Assembly: GCA_963663545.1 (NCBI GenBank)
Contig: OY760505.1
Span: 928,001-992,000 of the forward strand
Length of the DNA: 64,000 bases
Source: Candidatus Delongbacteria bacterium
GTDB taxonomy: Bacteria > CAIWAD01
Direction of reading: 5' to 3'
In this document: piece after piece, positions 39,803 through 53,133 of the stretch
Numbering within the stretch: position 1 is the stretch's first letter
How the letters are laid out: every line of letters begins with the position of its first letter
Translations under genes and position numbers: made by a program
Notes under the pieces: model-generated
The model's database searches: none
What the model was told of the DNA's origin: nothing
The model's input: only the letters and a program-made list of their open reading frames with translations

Positions 39803-41497
39803 TCACGCCTTCTTCTGTTCCTTGGCCCAACTGTCGCGCAGTCCCACCGTGCGGTTGAATACCGGCGTGCCGGGTTTGGAATCGTGGCGATCCGCGCAGA
39901 AATAGCCCATTCGCTCGAACTGAAAGCGCTCCTCGGCTTCAGCCTTTGCCAGAGCGGGTTCCAGATAGCATTCCTTCAGCACACGCAGACTATCGGGATT
40001 GATCGCTGCCGCCAGGTCATCCATCGAAATTGCACCGGGATCTTCCTGCAGAAAGAGTTGATCGTAAACGCGCACTTCGGCCCGGACAGCGGTTTCCGCC
40101 GCAACCCAGTGAATTGTGCCCTTTACTTTGCGGCCATCCGGTGCATCACCTCCGCGCGTGGCGGGATCGTAGGTGCAGCGCAACTCGACGATCTTGCCCG
40201 TAGCATCCTTGATCACATCCTGACAGGTGATGAAGTAGGCGTAGCGCAGGCGCACCTCGCGTCCAGGAGCCAAACGGAAGAACTTCTTCGGCGGCTCCTC
40301 CATGAAATCATCTGCCTCAATCCAGAGCTCGCGACCAAAGGGCACCATGCGGCTACCAGCGGCGGGGTCTTCAGGATTGTTGATGGCTTCGAGCTCCTCC
40401 ACCTGACCCTCTGGGTAGTTGGTGAGGATCACTTTAAGCGGATTGAGCACGGCCATGCGGCGCTGGGCGCGGCGGTTCAGATCCTCGCGCAGGCAGTGCT
40501 CCAGCAGTGCATAATCCACAACGGAATCTCGTTTGGCTACACCGATGCGGCTGCAGAAGTCGCGAATGGCCTCGGGCGTGAAACCACGGCGACGTAAGCC
40601 ACAGACCGTCGGCATGCGCGGATCATCCCAGCCGGCGACATGATTCTCCTCAACCAGCAATCGCAGCTTGCGCTTGCTCATGACGGTATTGGTCAGATTA
40701 AGACGCGCGAATTCGATCTGCTGTGGATGGCAGGGCGTCTCCAGCTCGTCCAGAACCCAGTCGTAGAGCGGGCGATGATCCTCAAACTCCAGCGTGCAAA
40801 TGGAGTGCGTGATACTCTCCAGCATATCGGACAAGCAATGTGTGAAATCGTACATCGGATAAATGCACCATGTATCACCGCTGCGATGATGCGTTGCATG
40901 CAAAATGCGGTAGATCACCGGATCACGCATGGTCAGATTGGGCGAAGCCATGTCGATTTTCGCGCGCAGAGTGCGGCTGCCGTCGGGGAACTCACCAGCT
41001 CGCATACGGCGAAACAGATCAAGGCTCTCCTCGGCACTGCGCTCGCGATAAGGGCTGTCCTGGCCGGGCTCGGTCAAGGTGCCGCGGTACTGGCGAATCT
41101 GCTCACCTGTGAGATCGCAGACGTAGGCTTTGCCACGGCGGATGAGCTCCTCCGCGTAGTCGTAGAGCTTTTCGAAGTAGTCGGAGGCGTAATACTCGCG
41201 GCCCTCCCAATCGAAGCCCAGCCAATGGACGTCGTCACGGATGGAATCGACGTACTCCACGTCTTCCTTGGTCGGATTGGTGTCATCGAAGCGCAGATTG
41301 CATTGGCCGCCCTGGTTCTCGTTGGCAATGCCGAAATTCAGACAGATGGATTTGGCGTGGCCGATGTGGAGATAGCCGTTGGGCTCGGGCGGAAAGCGCG
41401 TATGCACCGTGTTGTGCTTGCCTGACTCCAGGTCACGCGCGATGAGGGCGCGAATGAAATCGCTGTTGCTGCGGTTCTCGTTGACACTCATGTCCAT
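39803..41497 (-). CDS. glnS: Glutamine--tRNA ligase
   Basis: [32 protein letters not shown]. Confidence 0.97.
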   Translation of the reverse strand: MDMSVNENRSNSDFIRALIARDLESGKHNTVHTRFPPEPNGYLHIGHAKSICLNFGIANENQGGQCNLRFDDTNPTKEDVEYVDSIRDDVHWLGFDWEGREYYASDYFEKLYDYAEELIRRGKAYVCDLTGEQIRQYRGTLTEPGQDSPYRERSAEESLDLFRRMRAGEFPDGSRTLRAKIDMASPNLTMRDPVIYRILHATHHRSGDTWCIYPMYDFTHCLSDMLESITHSICTLEFEDHRPLYDWVLDELETPCHPQQIEFARLNLTNTVMSKRKLRLLVEENHVAGWDDPRMPTVCGLRRRGFTPEAIRDFCSRIGVAKRDSVVDYALLEHCLREDLNRRAQRRMAVLNPLKVILTNYPEGQVEELEAINNPEDPAAGSRMVPFGRELWIEADDFMEEPPKKFFRLAPGREVRLRYAYFITCQDVIKDATGKIVELRCTYDPATRGGDAPDGRKVKGTIHWVAAETAVRAEVRVYDQLFLQEDPGAISMDDLAAAINPDSLRVLKECYLEPALAKAEAEERFQFERMGYFCADRHDSKPGTPVFNRTVGLRDSWAKEQKKA

Positions 41498-41649
41498 GGT
41501 CCTTGTGTTAGACTTCCCCTTGGCGGGAAGAAGCCGTTAAGGTAACAATCCAGCTTGCATTGCGCCCGACCAGGCAGCTATACAAGCGGTTTTCCGACCC
41601 TTTTCGCGTCTTCTGTTTGCTATTCTGTGTTACCAGAAATGGAGGCACT

Positions 41650-41811
41650 ATGTGCAAACCTGAATCCCCCTGCGTGGGAGTCTGCACTCTGGATCCTGCG
41701 ACAGGGCAATGCATGGGCTGTCACCGGACAGCTCAGGAAATTGAAGACTGGTATTTGATGAGTGCAGAAGAGAAACGTGCGGTGTTGGAGGAGCTGAAGA
41801 AGAGGGCGTAG
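41650..41811 (+). CDS. DUF1289 small Cys-rich protein
   Basis: SPCVGVC.LD....C.GC.RT..EI..W; GGAGG RBS. Confidence 0.88.
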   Translation: MCKPESPCVGVCTLDPATGQCMGCHRTAQEIEDWYLMSAEEKRAVLEELKKRA

Positions 41812-41972
41812 GGTCTGGCACGTGTCTGACCCCCGTCTGGCACCGAGATTCCGAAACCGTCTACTTCAGCCGACTCTGGCGCGGTTTTGCCCCAGGTGTC
41901 AACAGTGTAGGACATGCGGCACCAATGAATGCACATTGAGTTCCGTGTTATGCACCTCGTGTCACCACGGGC

Positions 41973-43322
41973 TTACTCGCTGTCCTTGACCCAGCGATGC
42001 AGGACTTCGCGCGAAATGCCGATGCGCTCGGCTACATCCTTCATGCTGCCTTGGCCCAGGTATCGCTCCAGATAGGCCTTCCGTAAGCCGCTCAGAAGAC
42101 GGTCACGCGAATCGGCAAACGGCATCTCCACCAACGCGCTGAAGTCGGCTTGGTCGGCTGGCACCATCAAGCTTTGTGCTGTCGAGAAATGACCGGGCAG
42201 CAAGCGGGGGCCATCGCAGCGGACCATCGCCAATTGGACTGCACTTTCAAACTCGCGCACGTTGCCCGGCCAGTGTTGCGACCGCAGCTCGCTGATCGTC
42301 TCATCTGCTACTTCAAGATCTGCACGGGCAGGAAAATGCTTGTGCATGAAGTGCCGTAGCAAGATGGGGACATCCTCTCGTCGCTCGCGAAGTGGCGGTA
42401 TGCGAATGCGGATCTGATTCAGCCTGAAGAACAGGTCCTGCCGCAGCAGGCGTTCTTGTATGCGCTGCTCAAGATCCTGATGCGTTGCCGCGACAAGACG
42501 AAAATCGACCTGTGTATCACGTAACGCGCCTACTCGTCGGATACGCCCGGTTTCTATGGCTGTGAGCAGTTTGACTTGTGCTTGCGGGTCCATGTCGCCG
42601 ATCTCGTCCAGGAACAGGGTTCCTTTGTGCGCCAATTCCGTCAGCCCTTTCTTCGCGCTAATCGCACCGGTGAAGGATCCCTTCTCGTGGCCGAAGACTT
42701 CGCTGTTGAAGAGCTCGCGCTCGATGGCCGAAACGTTGACCTCCACAAAAGCGTGATCCTTTCGCGTTGATCCTTCGTGAATCAGGCGCGCCATCATCGT
42801 CTTGCCCGTTCCGGTCTCACCCGTGATTAACACAGCCAGGTCTGTGGCTGCCGCATTCTTGATTTCGCGCTTCAGCTGTTGCATCGCGGGTGAGTCACCA
42901 ATCAAGTTTCCCAGCGACTCCTTCAGGGCGCGCCGCAGAAGCGCATTATGTTCCTTCACTTGTCGCAGTGCAAGGCCTTTTCGTATCACATCGAGGATCT
43001 CTTCTAGCGAAGTGTTCTTGACGATGTAGTCAAATGCGCCTTGCTTCATGGCACGTACGACGGTGCGCACACCGCTTTCCTTGGTGATCATTACCACAGG
43101 AATGTCGCTGTATGTAGTGCTAAGCTTGGTCAACACATCCAGTCCGGATGCCCCGTCTCCCAGATCATAATCGAGCAAGATCAAATCCGGATCCGCCTCA
43201 GCCAAGCTGGCCAGGCCGGTCTCTCCGGTATCGGCAGTGAAACACTCATACTGCCTGCGTAGACCGTGTACCAGATCCTCTACAAATTCCTCGTTGTCAT
43301 CGATGATCAGTATGCGTTCCAT
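41973..43322 (-). CDS. Sigma54-dependent response regulator (REC-AAA+-HTH, NtrC family)
   Basis: REC domain, GETGTGK, SEVFGHEKGSFTGA, LFLDEIG, WPGNVRE, C-terminal HTH. Confidence 0.93.
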   Translation of the reverse strand: MERILIIDDNEEFVEDLVHGLRRQYECFTADTGETGLASLAEADPDLILLDYDLGDGASGLDVLTKLSTTYSDIPVVMITKESGVRTVVRAMKQGAFDYIVKNTSLEEILDVIRKGLALRQVKEHNALLRRALKESLGNLIGDSPAMQQLKREIKNAAATDLAVLITGETGTGKTMMARLIHEGSTRKDHAFVEVNVSAIERELFNSEVFGHEKGSFTGAISAKKGLTELAHKGTLFLDEIGDMDPQAQVKLLTAIETGRIRRVGALRDTQVDFRLVAATHQDLEQRIQERLLRQDLFFRLNQIRIRIPPLRERREDVPILLRHFMHKHFPARADLEVADETISELRSQHWPGNVREFESAVQLAMVRCDGPRLLPGHFSTAQSLMVPADQADFSALVEMPFADSRDRLLSGLRKAYLERYLGQGSMKDVAERIGISREVLHRWVKDSE

Positions 43323-43323
43323 A

Positions 43324-46300
43324 TCAGGCTGGTTCCACCTTTTTTACCTCCAGCAGGAAAGTTGTCCCTTCGTGCGAGGTCTCGTGTATCACAAGTCTGC
43401 CACCAAAGCGCACAAGGATTTCGCGTGAGCGATAGAGGCCATATCCGCCTCCTGATTCGCTTGTATCACCAGAAGTTTCTGTTCGCGATCTTCCGCTCCA
43501 ACCTGCATCAAAGACCCTTGCTTGCTGCTCTTCAGGAATACCAGGACCTGTGTCACGAATGAGAATCTGCAACCGTGTTGGACGTTCGACCAATTCCACG
43601 CTAAGACGTGCATCCTTACGGTTTCGCATCCAGTACACTGCGTTCGTGATCAGGTTATCCAGAATAAAATGCAGCTTGTCAACGGGAAGGCGCGCCATTA
43701 CCTGTCGCAACTCTCGTGCACAGACAATGGAGAGCTCTATACCTGCCAACTCGTCCTGTCGCTCTTTCAGGATGCGGTCTACAACATGAAGCGGCGAAGA
43801 CGAAATTTGTAGGTCAACTTTATGCTCCAGTTCGCCAAGAAGGTTCTGCAGTTGGTTCAAACGAAAGGCGAGCTCCTCCATGGCAACATCGCTTGGTGGA
43901 TCCGACAGTTTGACCAGACTATCCTCAACCTCTGTGACACGCTCACGATACTGGGCGAGTTGACTCGGTGGAAGCGGATTATCCCGCTCAGGCAATCGGC
44001 TGAACATGCGTGATACAGTGTGAAGGCTGTGAACTGTTAGCTCAAGAAAGACGCGACGCGCATCAAGAAAACGATCCAGAACATCCTCATCCAATTGTCC
44101 CTGGTGATACAAGTTCCTACTGGTTCGCAGCAAGCGATCGAGGTTGCGAGTCGCTGTACCACTATGGCCGAACTCGCGAAACAGATCTACCAGATCGAGG
44201 ATACCGCCAGGCGGCTCCAATTCTTCCTTCGTCTTTGCCTGCTTCATATTGACTCGTACGTACCACCAGACGAGTAAGGCAAAGACAGGCATGAGGAAGT
44301 AGAAGTATGGCTCTTCTGTCTTCAATCGAATCCAAACGGCCAAGCCCAAGGCGAGGAGTTCCAGCAGGGTAAGTGATACATGCGCAGGCAAAAGGACAGT
44401 CAGAATGCCACCGACGATGAGCATCCCGATCAGAATGCTGATGCGGTGTGTGATTCCCATTCGATGCGGTGTTACATTCAGCGGAAATGTCAGCACTTCG
44501 CGACTCAGGTTTCCCCAAGCATCGACAGCTTGAAGCTGAAAACGGTGAACGCCCTTGCTCAGCGTATCGGTGGGAAGCAACTCGGTCGGAATCAGTGCAC
44601 GAGGTGCTCTCCACGCAGACCATTCTCTGTCGTCAAGCCTGCAGCGCAAACGCACGGCAGTCTCCGGTGAGCTCAGCGGGTCCACAACATCCAAGGGAAG
44701 TGTATCACTAAGTTGGGCTCGCACCAGCTGTTGCACTTGCTTTGTCGCTACGATCAACGGCGCGACGTAATCCGGAACAAGGTAGCCCGTGCCCATACTC
44801 CCGGAAAGCCAAACCGTCTCTGCGTGATCCAGAGCTACCGAGCGAATGTGCTCGTGTGACAAGCCTGCACCGGGCAATGGACGACACCAACCTATCTGCG
44901 GAGAGGCGTAGTAGTAGAAGTCACCACCGGCCAGGAGCCAGTAGCGTCCACTTGCAACTAGCAGTTGCCCTACGAGCTGTCCTGGCGCACAGTTGCTCTC
45001 AGCTGCGTGGCGAACTAGTGCATCAGGATAAGCAATCGTATCGATCTCGTTGGCCGCATCCAAGTTGATCATATAATCAGCGGCACAAGCAATGATCCCA
45101 CGAAAGCCGTCATTGACTGCCATGTAAACAGGCTCACGAACACGCAGCTTGCTTATATGGCTCCCATCAAAGAAAGCAAGCCCCTGCGGCCCGGAAGCCA
45201 ATGCCAGCGTGCTTCCGAAGTTCTCCAACCACCAGATTTCTTCCTCGCCCACGAAGCTTGCTGTATCACCATCGCGGAGCAGCATTAGACCATTTGTCAA
45301 ACCGATCAACAATTCGGAAGTATCACCTCCCGGAGCGTGACACACACTACGAATGCTGCGAAGATCAAGTGTATCGGGAAGTTGTGCTCGATGATACCCC
45401 TCCTCCCCCAACTCAAGAAGAAGCTTCTGGTGGCCCTCGTCCTCAAGCAATAACACGGGATTCGATCCAGCGAGTACTTGTATCACCGTAAGATTCTGAT
45501 GGCTTGTTGTTGGCAGCAGCTGCACGTTTCCATTTGCGTCAAGCAGAACGCCATCAGCTACGTTCTCCTGAAGGAAACTGCCAGGTATTGGACTGTAGCA
45601 CAGACTAGGAATCCAGTCACATAGACGCTCTGCAGGCCAGGGCCTAGGATCCTCATGGTTTGACATATCGATGGTCGCACCATTCAAATCAACCCAACCA
45701 CGGGAACTTCGTATCACAACACCGACACCGTTTAGCCGTGTCATCAGCTCAGCTGAGGAAGTATCATCTGTTTCACAGAGTTGAAGATCCAGTATCTGTA
45801 GCTGTCCTCGTTGGAGATCTAGCTCTGCACAATGCCGCAAGCCATTTGTATCACGGCCAACGGCTAATACATGCTTGTCATCCGCAGCAAGGGACTCAAT
45901 TGTAGGAAGCGCATCTCGGAAATCTGGCGGGATCAGTGCTGGATTGCCGTTGGCATCGAACAAGTACAAACCTTGTGCTTGGCTTCCGGCAAGCAGCATT
46001 CCTTGAGGTGTGATACAAAGAGCATTTACTCGCAGTTTCTCAAGTAGCACGCGCTCGCGCCCCTGCTGGTCCATTGAAACCAAGCCGCGGTCACCGCCGA
46101 TAAAAAGGCGGCTTCCGTTTGCTAGAAGGCAACGACACTTGGATTCCAGTACGGGTGAAAGGCTTTCGACTCGGCGAAAAGCTGCGTCACGACGATAAAG
46201 ACCTCCCGCTGCCTGCACCCAAACAATGCCCTGTGGATCAACGGTAATGGCATTTACCGCACCGCCTTCATAGCCGTCCCAGACGCTTTGCATGATGAGA

Positions 46301-46464
46301 TATCGACCATCCCAACAATACAGGCCGTCTCCGTTTCCCATCCAGACCAAGCCAAGGGAATCCAGAGCAACAGCACGCAAATCCGTTAAGGATGCATGAG
46401 TCACTGAAACAGCGCTGAGCAGAAGGAGAACCAGCCGAAGCAGGAGTGTATGGAGGTGATTCAC
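43324..46464 (-). CDS. Membrane sensor histidine kinase with large beta-propeller-like extracytoplasmic region
   Basis: Signal peptide, D..G.VW repeats, about 3 TM helices, N-box ILDNLITNA, DTGPGI, GGGYGLY; start uncertain. Confidence 0.8.
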   Translation of the reverse strand: MNHLHTLLLRLVLLLLSAVSVTHASLTDLRAVALDSLGLVWMGNGDGLYCWDGRYLIMQSVWDGYEGGAVNAITVDPQGIVWVQAAGGLYRRDAAFRRVESLSPVLESKCRCLLANGSRLFIGGDRGLVSMDQQGRERVLLEKLRVNALCITPQGMLLAGSQAQGLYLFDANGNPALIPPDFRDALPTIESLAADDKHVLAVGRDTNGLRHCAELDLQRGQLQILDLQLCETDDTSSAELMTRLNGVGVVIRSSRGWVDLNGATIDMSNHEDPRPWPAERLCDWIPSLCYSPIPGSFLQENVADGVLLDANGNVQLLPTTSHQNLTVIQVLAGSNPVLLLEDEGHQKLLLELGEEGYHRAQLPDTLDLRSIRSVCHAPGGDTSELLIGLTNGLMLLRDGDTASFVGEEEIWWLENFGSTLALASGPQGLAFFDGSHISKLRVREPVYMAVNDGFRGIIACAADYMINLDAANEIDTIAYPDALVRHAAESNCAPGQLVGQLLVASGRYWLLAGGDFYYYASPQIGWCRPLPGAGLSHEHIRSVALDHAETVWLSGSMGTGYLVPDYVAPLIVATKQVQQLVRAQLSDTLPLDVVDPLSSPETAVRLRCRLDDREWSAWRAPRALIPTELLPTDTLSKGVHRFQLQAVDAWGNLSREVLTFPLNVTPHRMGITHRISILIGMLIVGGILTVLLPAHVSLTLLELLALGLAVWIRLKTEEPYFYFLMPVFALLVWWYVRVNMKQAKTKEELEPPGGILDLVDLFREFGHSGTATRNLDRLLRTSRNLYHQGQLDEDVLDRFLDARRVFLELTVHSLHTVSRMFSRLPERDNPLPPSQLAQYRERVTEVEDSLVKLSDPPSDVAMEELAFRLNQLQNLLGELEHKVDLQISSSPLHVVDRILKERQDELAGIELSIVCARELRQVMARLPVDKLHFILDNLITNAVYWMRNRKDARLSVELVERPTRLQILIRDTGPGIPEEQQARVFDAGWSGRSRTETSGDTSESGGGYGLYRSREILVRFGGRLVIHETSHEGTTFLLEVKKVEPA

Positions 46465-46510
46465 TTTGGCTTCCCGTGTACTACACGAGAACAAGGTAGG
46501 TTGCCTCCGC

Positions 46511-47494
46511 TCAAGGTACAAGTGAAGGAATGCCCGAACTCCCTTTCGCAGCTTGTAAAAGTCTGAGATTACGCTGATACATGCTAGGGGTCATCCGCCG
46601 AAGTACTCTTCCGCGAGTAATGGACTCGTAGGATGCAGCTACGGCTGCTTCGTTTTCTAGATCCAGCCACTGCGCATCTGATAGCTGATGTACGAGCTCA
46701 TTTTCCGGAGCAAGAAGGCTTGTTCGCGAAGCTTTTGCGTTACGGTTCCATGGACAGACCTCCTGGCATGTATCACAACCGAAAAGCCATGGGGGTAACT
46801 GTGCCGCCTGCTCAGCGCTAAATTCAGGCGCGGATTGGCCGACACGGGCGCGATACTCGATATTCAGGGCACTGTTGCACCGGTCTGCTTTCAATTGTCG
46901 TTCTTTGTACAATGCTCCACTTGGGCACGCTTCCAGACAGCGTCTACAAGTACCACAACGCGCCTTCATTGGAGTGCCAGGTTCGTACTCCTGATTTACT
47001 ACAAGCGCCCCCAGCATCAACCAGCTTCCGTAGTCCGGGTGAATGAGCATGGTATTCTTACCAATCCAGCCTAACCCTGCACGCCAGGCAAAGGCACGCT
47101 CCAGTAAAGGGGCCGTATCCACGCAGGCGCGCCACTGCAACGCGGGAAGTTCAGTCTCAAGGCACCTTGCAACACGGGTCAACAGCTTCTTGAGCATCCG
47201 ATGATAATCTCTTCCTTGGGCATAGCGAGCAATGCGAATCGAAGAGTCTTCTTCCGGTGCTTCGTGCTTGCAGGACACACCGATCATCAGCACACTGCGT
47301 GCGCTTGGTAGCACAAATCGCGCATCGTGTCGGCTTCTCGGTTCCATGTTCAACCATTGCAGGAAGCCGTGATCGCCCCGCTCAAGTGCGCTGACAAATC
47401 GCTTCTGATGTTCATCGTGTAACACGGCAGGAGCAATTCCAGCCACATCTGCACCTGCACTAATTGCACTCGCAATCAGCTCATCTCGTCGCAA
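46511..47494 (-). CDS. queG: Epoxyqueuosine reductase
   Basis: ARYA.GRDYH, VDTAPLLER, AGLGWIGKN, CG.C.RC..ACP, FGCD.CQ.VCPWN; AGGAGG RBS before TTG. Confidence 0.93.
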   Translation of the reverse strand: MRRDELIASAISAGADVAGIAPAVLHDEHQKRFVSALERGDHGFLQWLNMEPRSRHDARFVLPSARSVLMIGVSCKHEAPEEDSSIRIARYAQGRDYHRMLKKLLTRVARCLETELPALQWRACVDTAPLLERAFAWRAGLGWIGKNTMLIHPDYGSWLMLGALVVNQEYEPGTPMKARCGTCRRCLEACPSGALYKERQLKADRCNSALNIEYRARVGQSAPEFSAEQAAQLPPWLFGCDTCQEVCPWNRNAKASRTSLLAPENELVHQLSDAQWLDLENEAAVAASYESITRGRVLRRMTPSMYQRNLRLLQAAKGSSGIPSLVP

Positions 47495-47602
47495 ATTACC
47501 TCCTGATTTGGCTTACATGAATAGCATTCCATCGGATGGATGATGCGGGACACTCATCTTCCTTGCCTAGGGTAATAGTGTAGATGTCTGTGCAAAAACG
47601 AC

Positions 47603-47626
47603 AAAGGCCCGCCGAAGCGGGCCTTT
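47603..47626 (-). terminator. rRNA operon terminator
   Basis: AAAGGCCCGC-TTCG-GCGGGCCTTT followed by T-rich run, just past 5S. Confidence 0.85.
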
Positions 47627-47637
47627 GGAATTTTAAA

Positions 47638-47751
47638 CAGGCGGCGACCTACTCTCCCACAGAGTTACCTCTGCAGTACCATCGGCGCTGGTGGGCTTAA
47701 CTTCTCTGTTCGGGATGGGAAGAGGTGTATCCCCACCGCCATTGCCACCTG
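47638..47751 (-). rRNA. rrf: 5S rRNA
   Basis: CCCATCCCGAAC, GCCGATGGTACTGC, GGGAGAGTAGGTCGCCGCC; ends approximate. Confidence 0.95.
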
Positions 47752-47846
47752 CATTTTCTGACACCTGGTATTGAGGCAAAGGCTGATTAGGCGATTGCAT
47801 CGAAGGGTCTGTGAGACATCCCCGTCCCAGCGGGAGATGAAATTAT

Positions 47847-50800
<2,954 letters not shown>

Positions 50801-50891
50801 AATGTCCTACAAGGATGAAGATGCCTCACAGATCTTTCGATGCATTGCAAATAACCCAAATCAGTCTTTTTAAAGACCTCATTTATACCAG

Positions 50892-50904
50892 ATGTCAAAG
50901 AACC
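50892..50904 (-). promoter_or_regulatory. boxA-like antitermination element in the 16S-23S spacer
   Basis: GGTTCTTTGACAT; matches leader copy TGTTCATTGACAT at 52883-52895. Confidence 0.65.
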
Positions 50905-50963
50905 TTCGCCCTTGCGGACGCGCCTTCTTCTGAAAGCGAAGCCAGCTTCTCACAGCTGGCTAG

Positions 50964-51036
50964 TGGAGAATATCGGGTTCGAACCGACGACCTCCTGGTT
51001 GCAAACCAGGCGCTCTCCCAACTGAGCTAATTCCCC
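50964..51036 (-). tRNA. tRNA-Ala(TGC)
   Basis: GGGGAATTAGCTCAG...TTTGCAA...GGTTCGAACCC...TCTCCA; CCA not encoded. Confidence 0.97.
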
Positions 51037-51062
51037 AACACGGACCCAAAGCGGCCCGATAG

Positions 51063-51137
<75 letters not shown>

Positions 51138-51222
51138 GTGTTGTGCTTAAAAGAACAAAACATAGAAGAGAACGGTCACGCCCTTGGTCTAGGTCGAGTT
51201 CCGTAGAACTCTAAACCTGTCT

Positions 51223-52763
<1,541 letters not shown>

Positions 52764-52942
52764 AAATATGGAAAGATTCCATTTGCTCGATTCATGTTTA
52801 GGAATTCAACATCTATTAGATGTCGCTTCCAGGGCCGCATCCATCCGAAAATGGACGCGGTGACGTGACCGTTCTGTCTTCTATGTCAATGAACAAATTC
52901 ACCTGCGATCTTCAGGCGATGCCCGAATCAGCGCAGACCCTC

Positions 52943-52971
52943 AACATACCACCCTCAATTCGAAGTGTCAA
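52943..52971 (-). promoter_or_regulatory. sigma70 promoter of the rRNA operon
   Basis: TTGACA-17 bp-TATGTT with upstream A-tracts (UP-like) and downstream boxA. Confidence 0.8.
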
Positions 52972-53133
52972 CAGCGTCGCTGATTTTTTCTTCGTTTTGA
53001 AAGCTGGAAAGGATCACCGCCGCTGTCCCGAAAGACATCCCCTGATCGCAAGGGCCCATCAAGATAGGCTTCCTGATGGGATATGCAAGTGATCGTCAAA
53101 GAAAATCAGAGAAAATCTCATCGCCAATACCAG

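Noticed and set aside
41813..41891. GTCTGGCAC direct repeat and sigma54-like TGGCGCGGTTTTGC between convergent genes
   Set aside because: GG-to-GC spacing is 9 rather than 10, there is no downstream gene in that orientation, and the repeat is short with only two copies.
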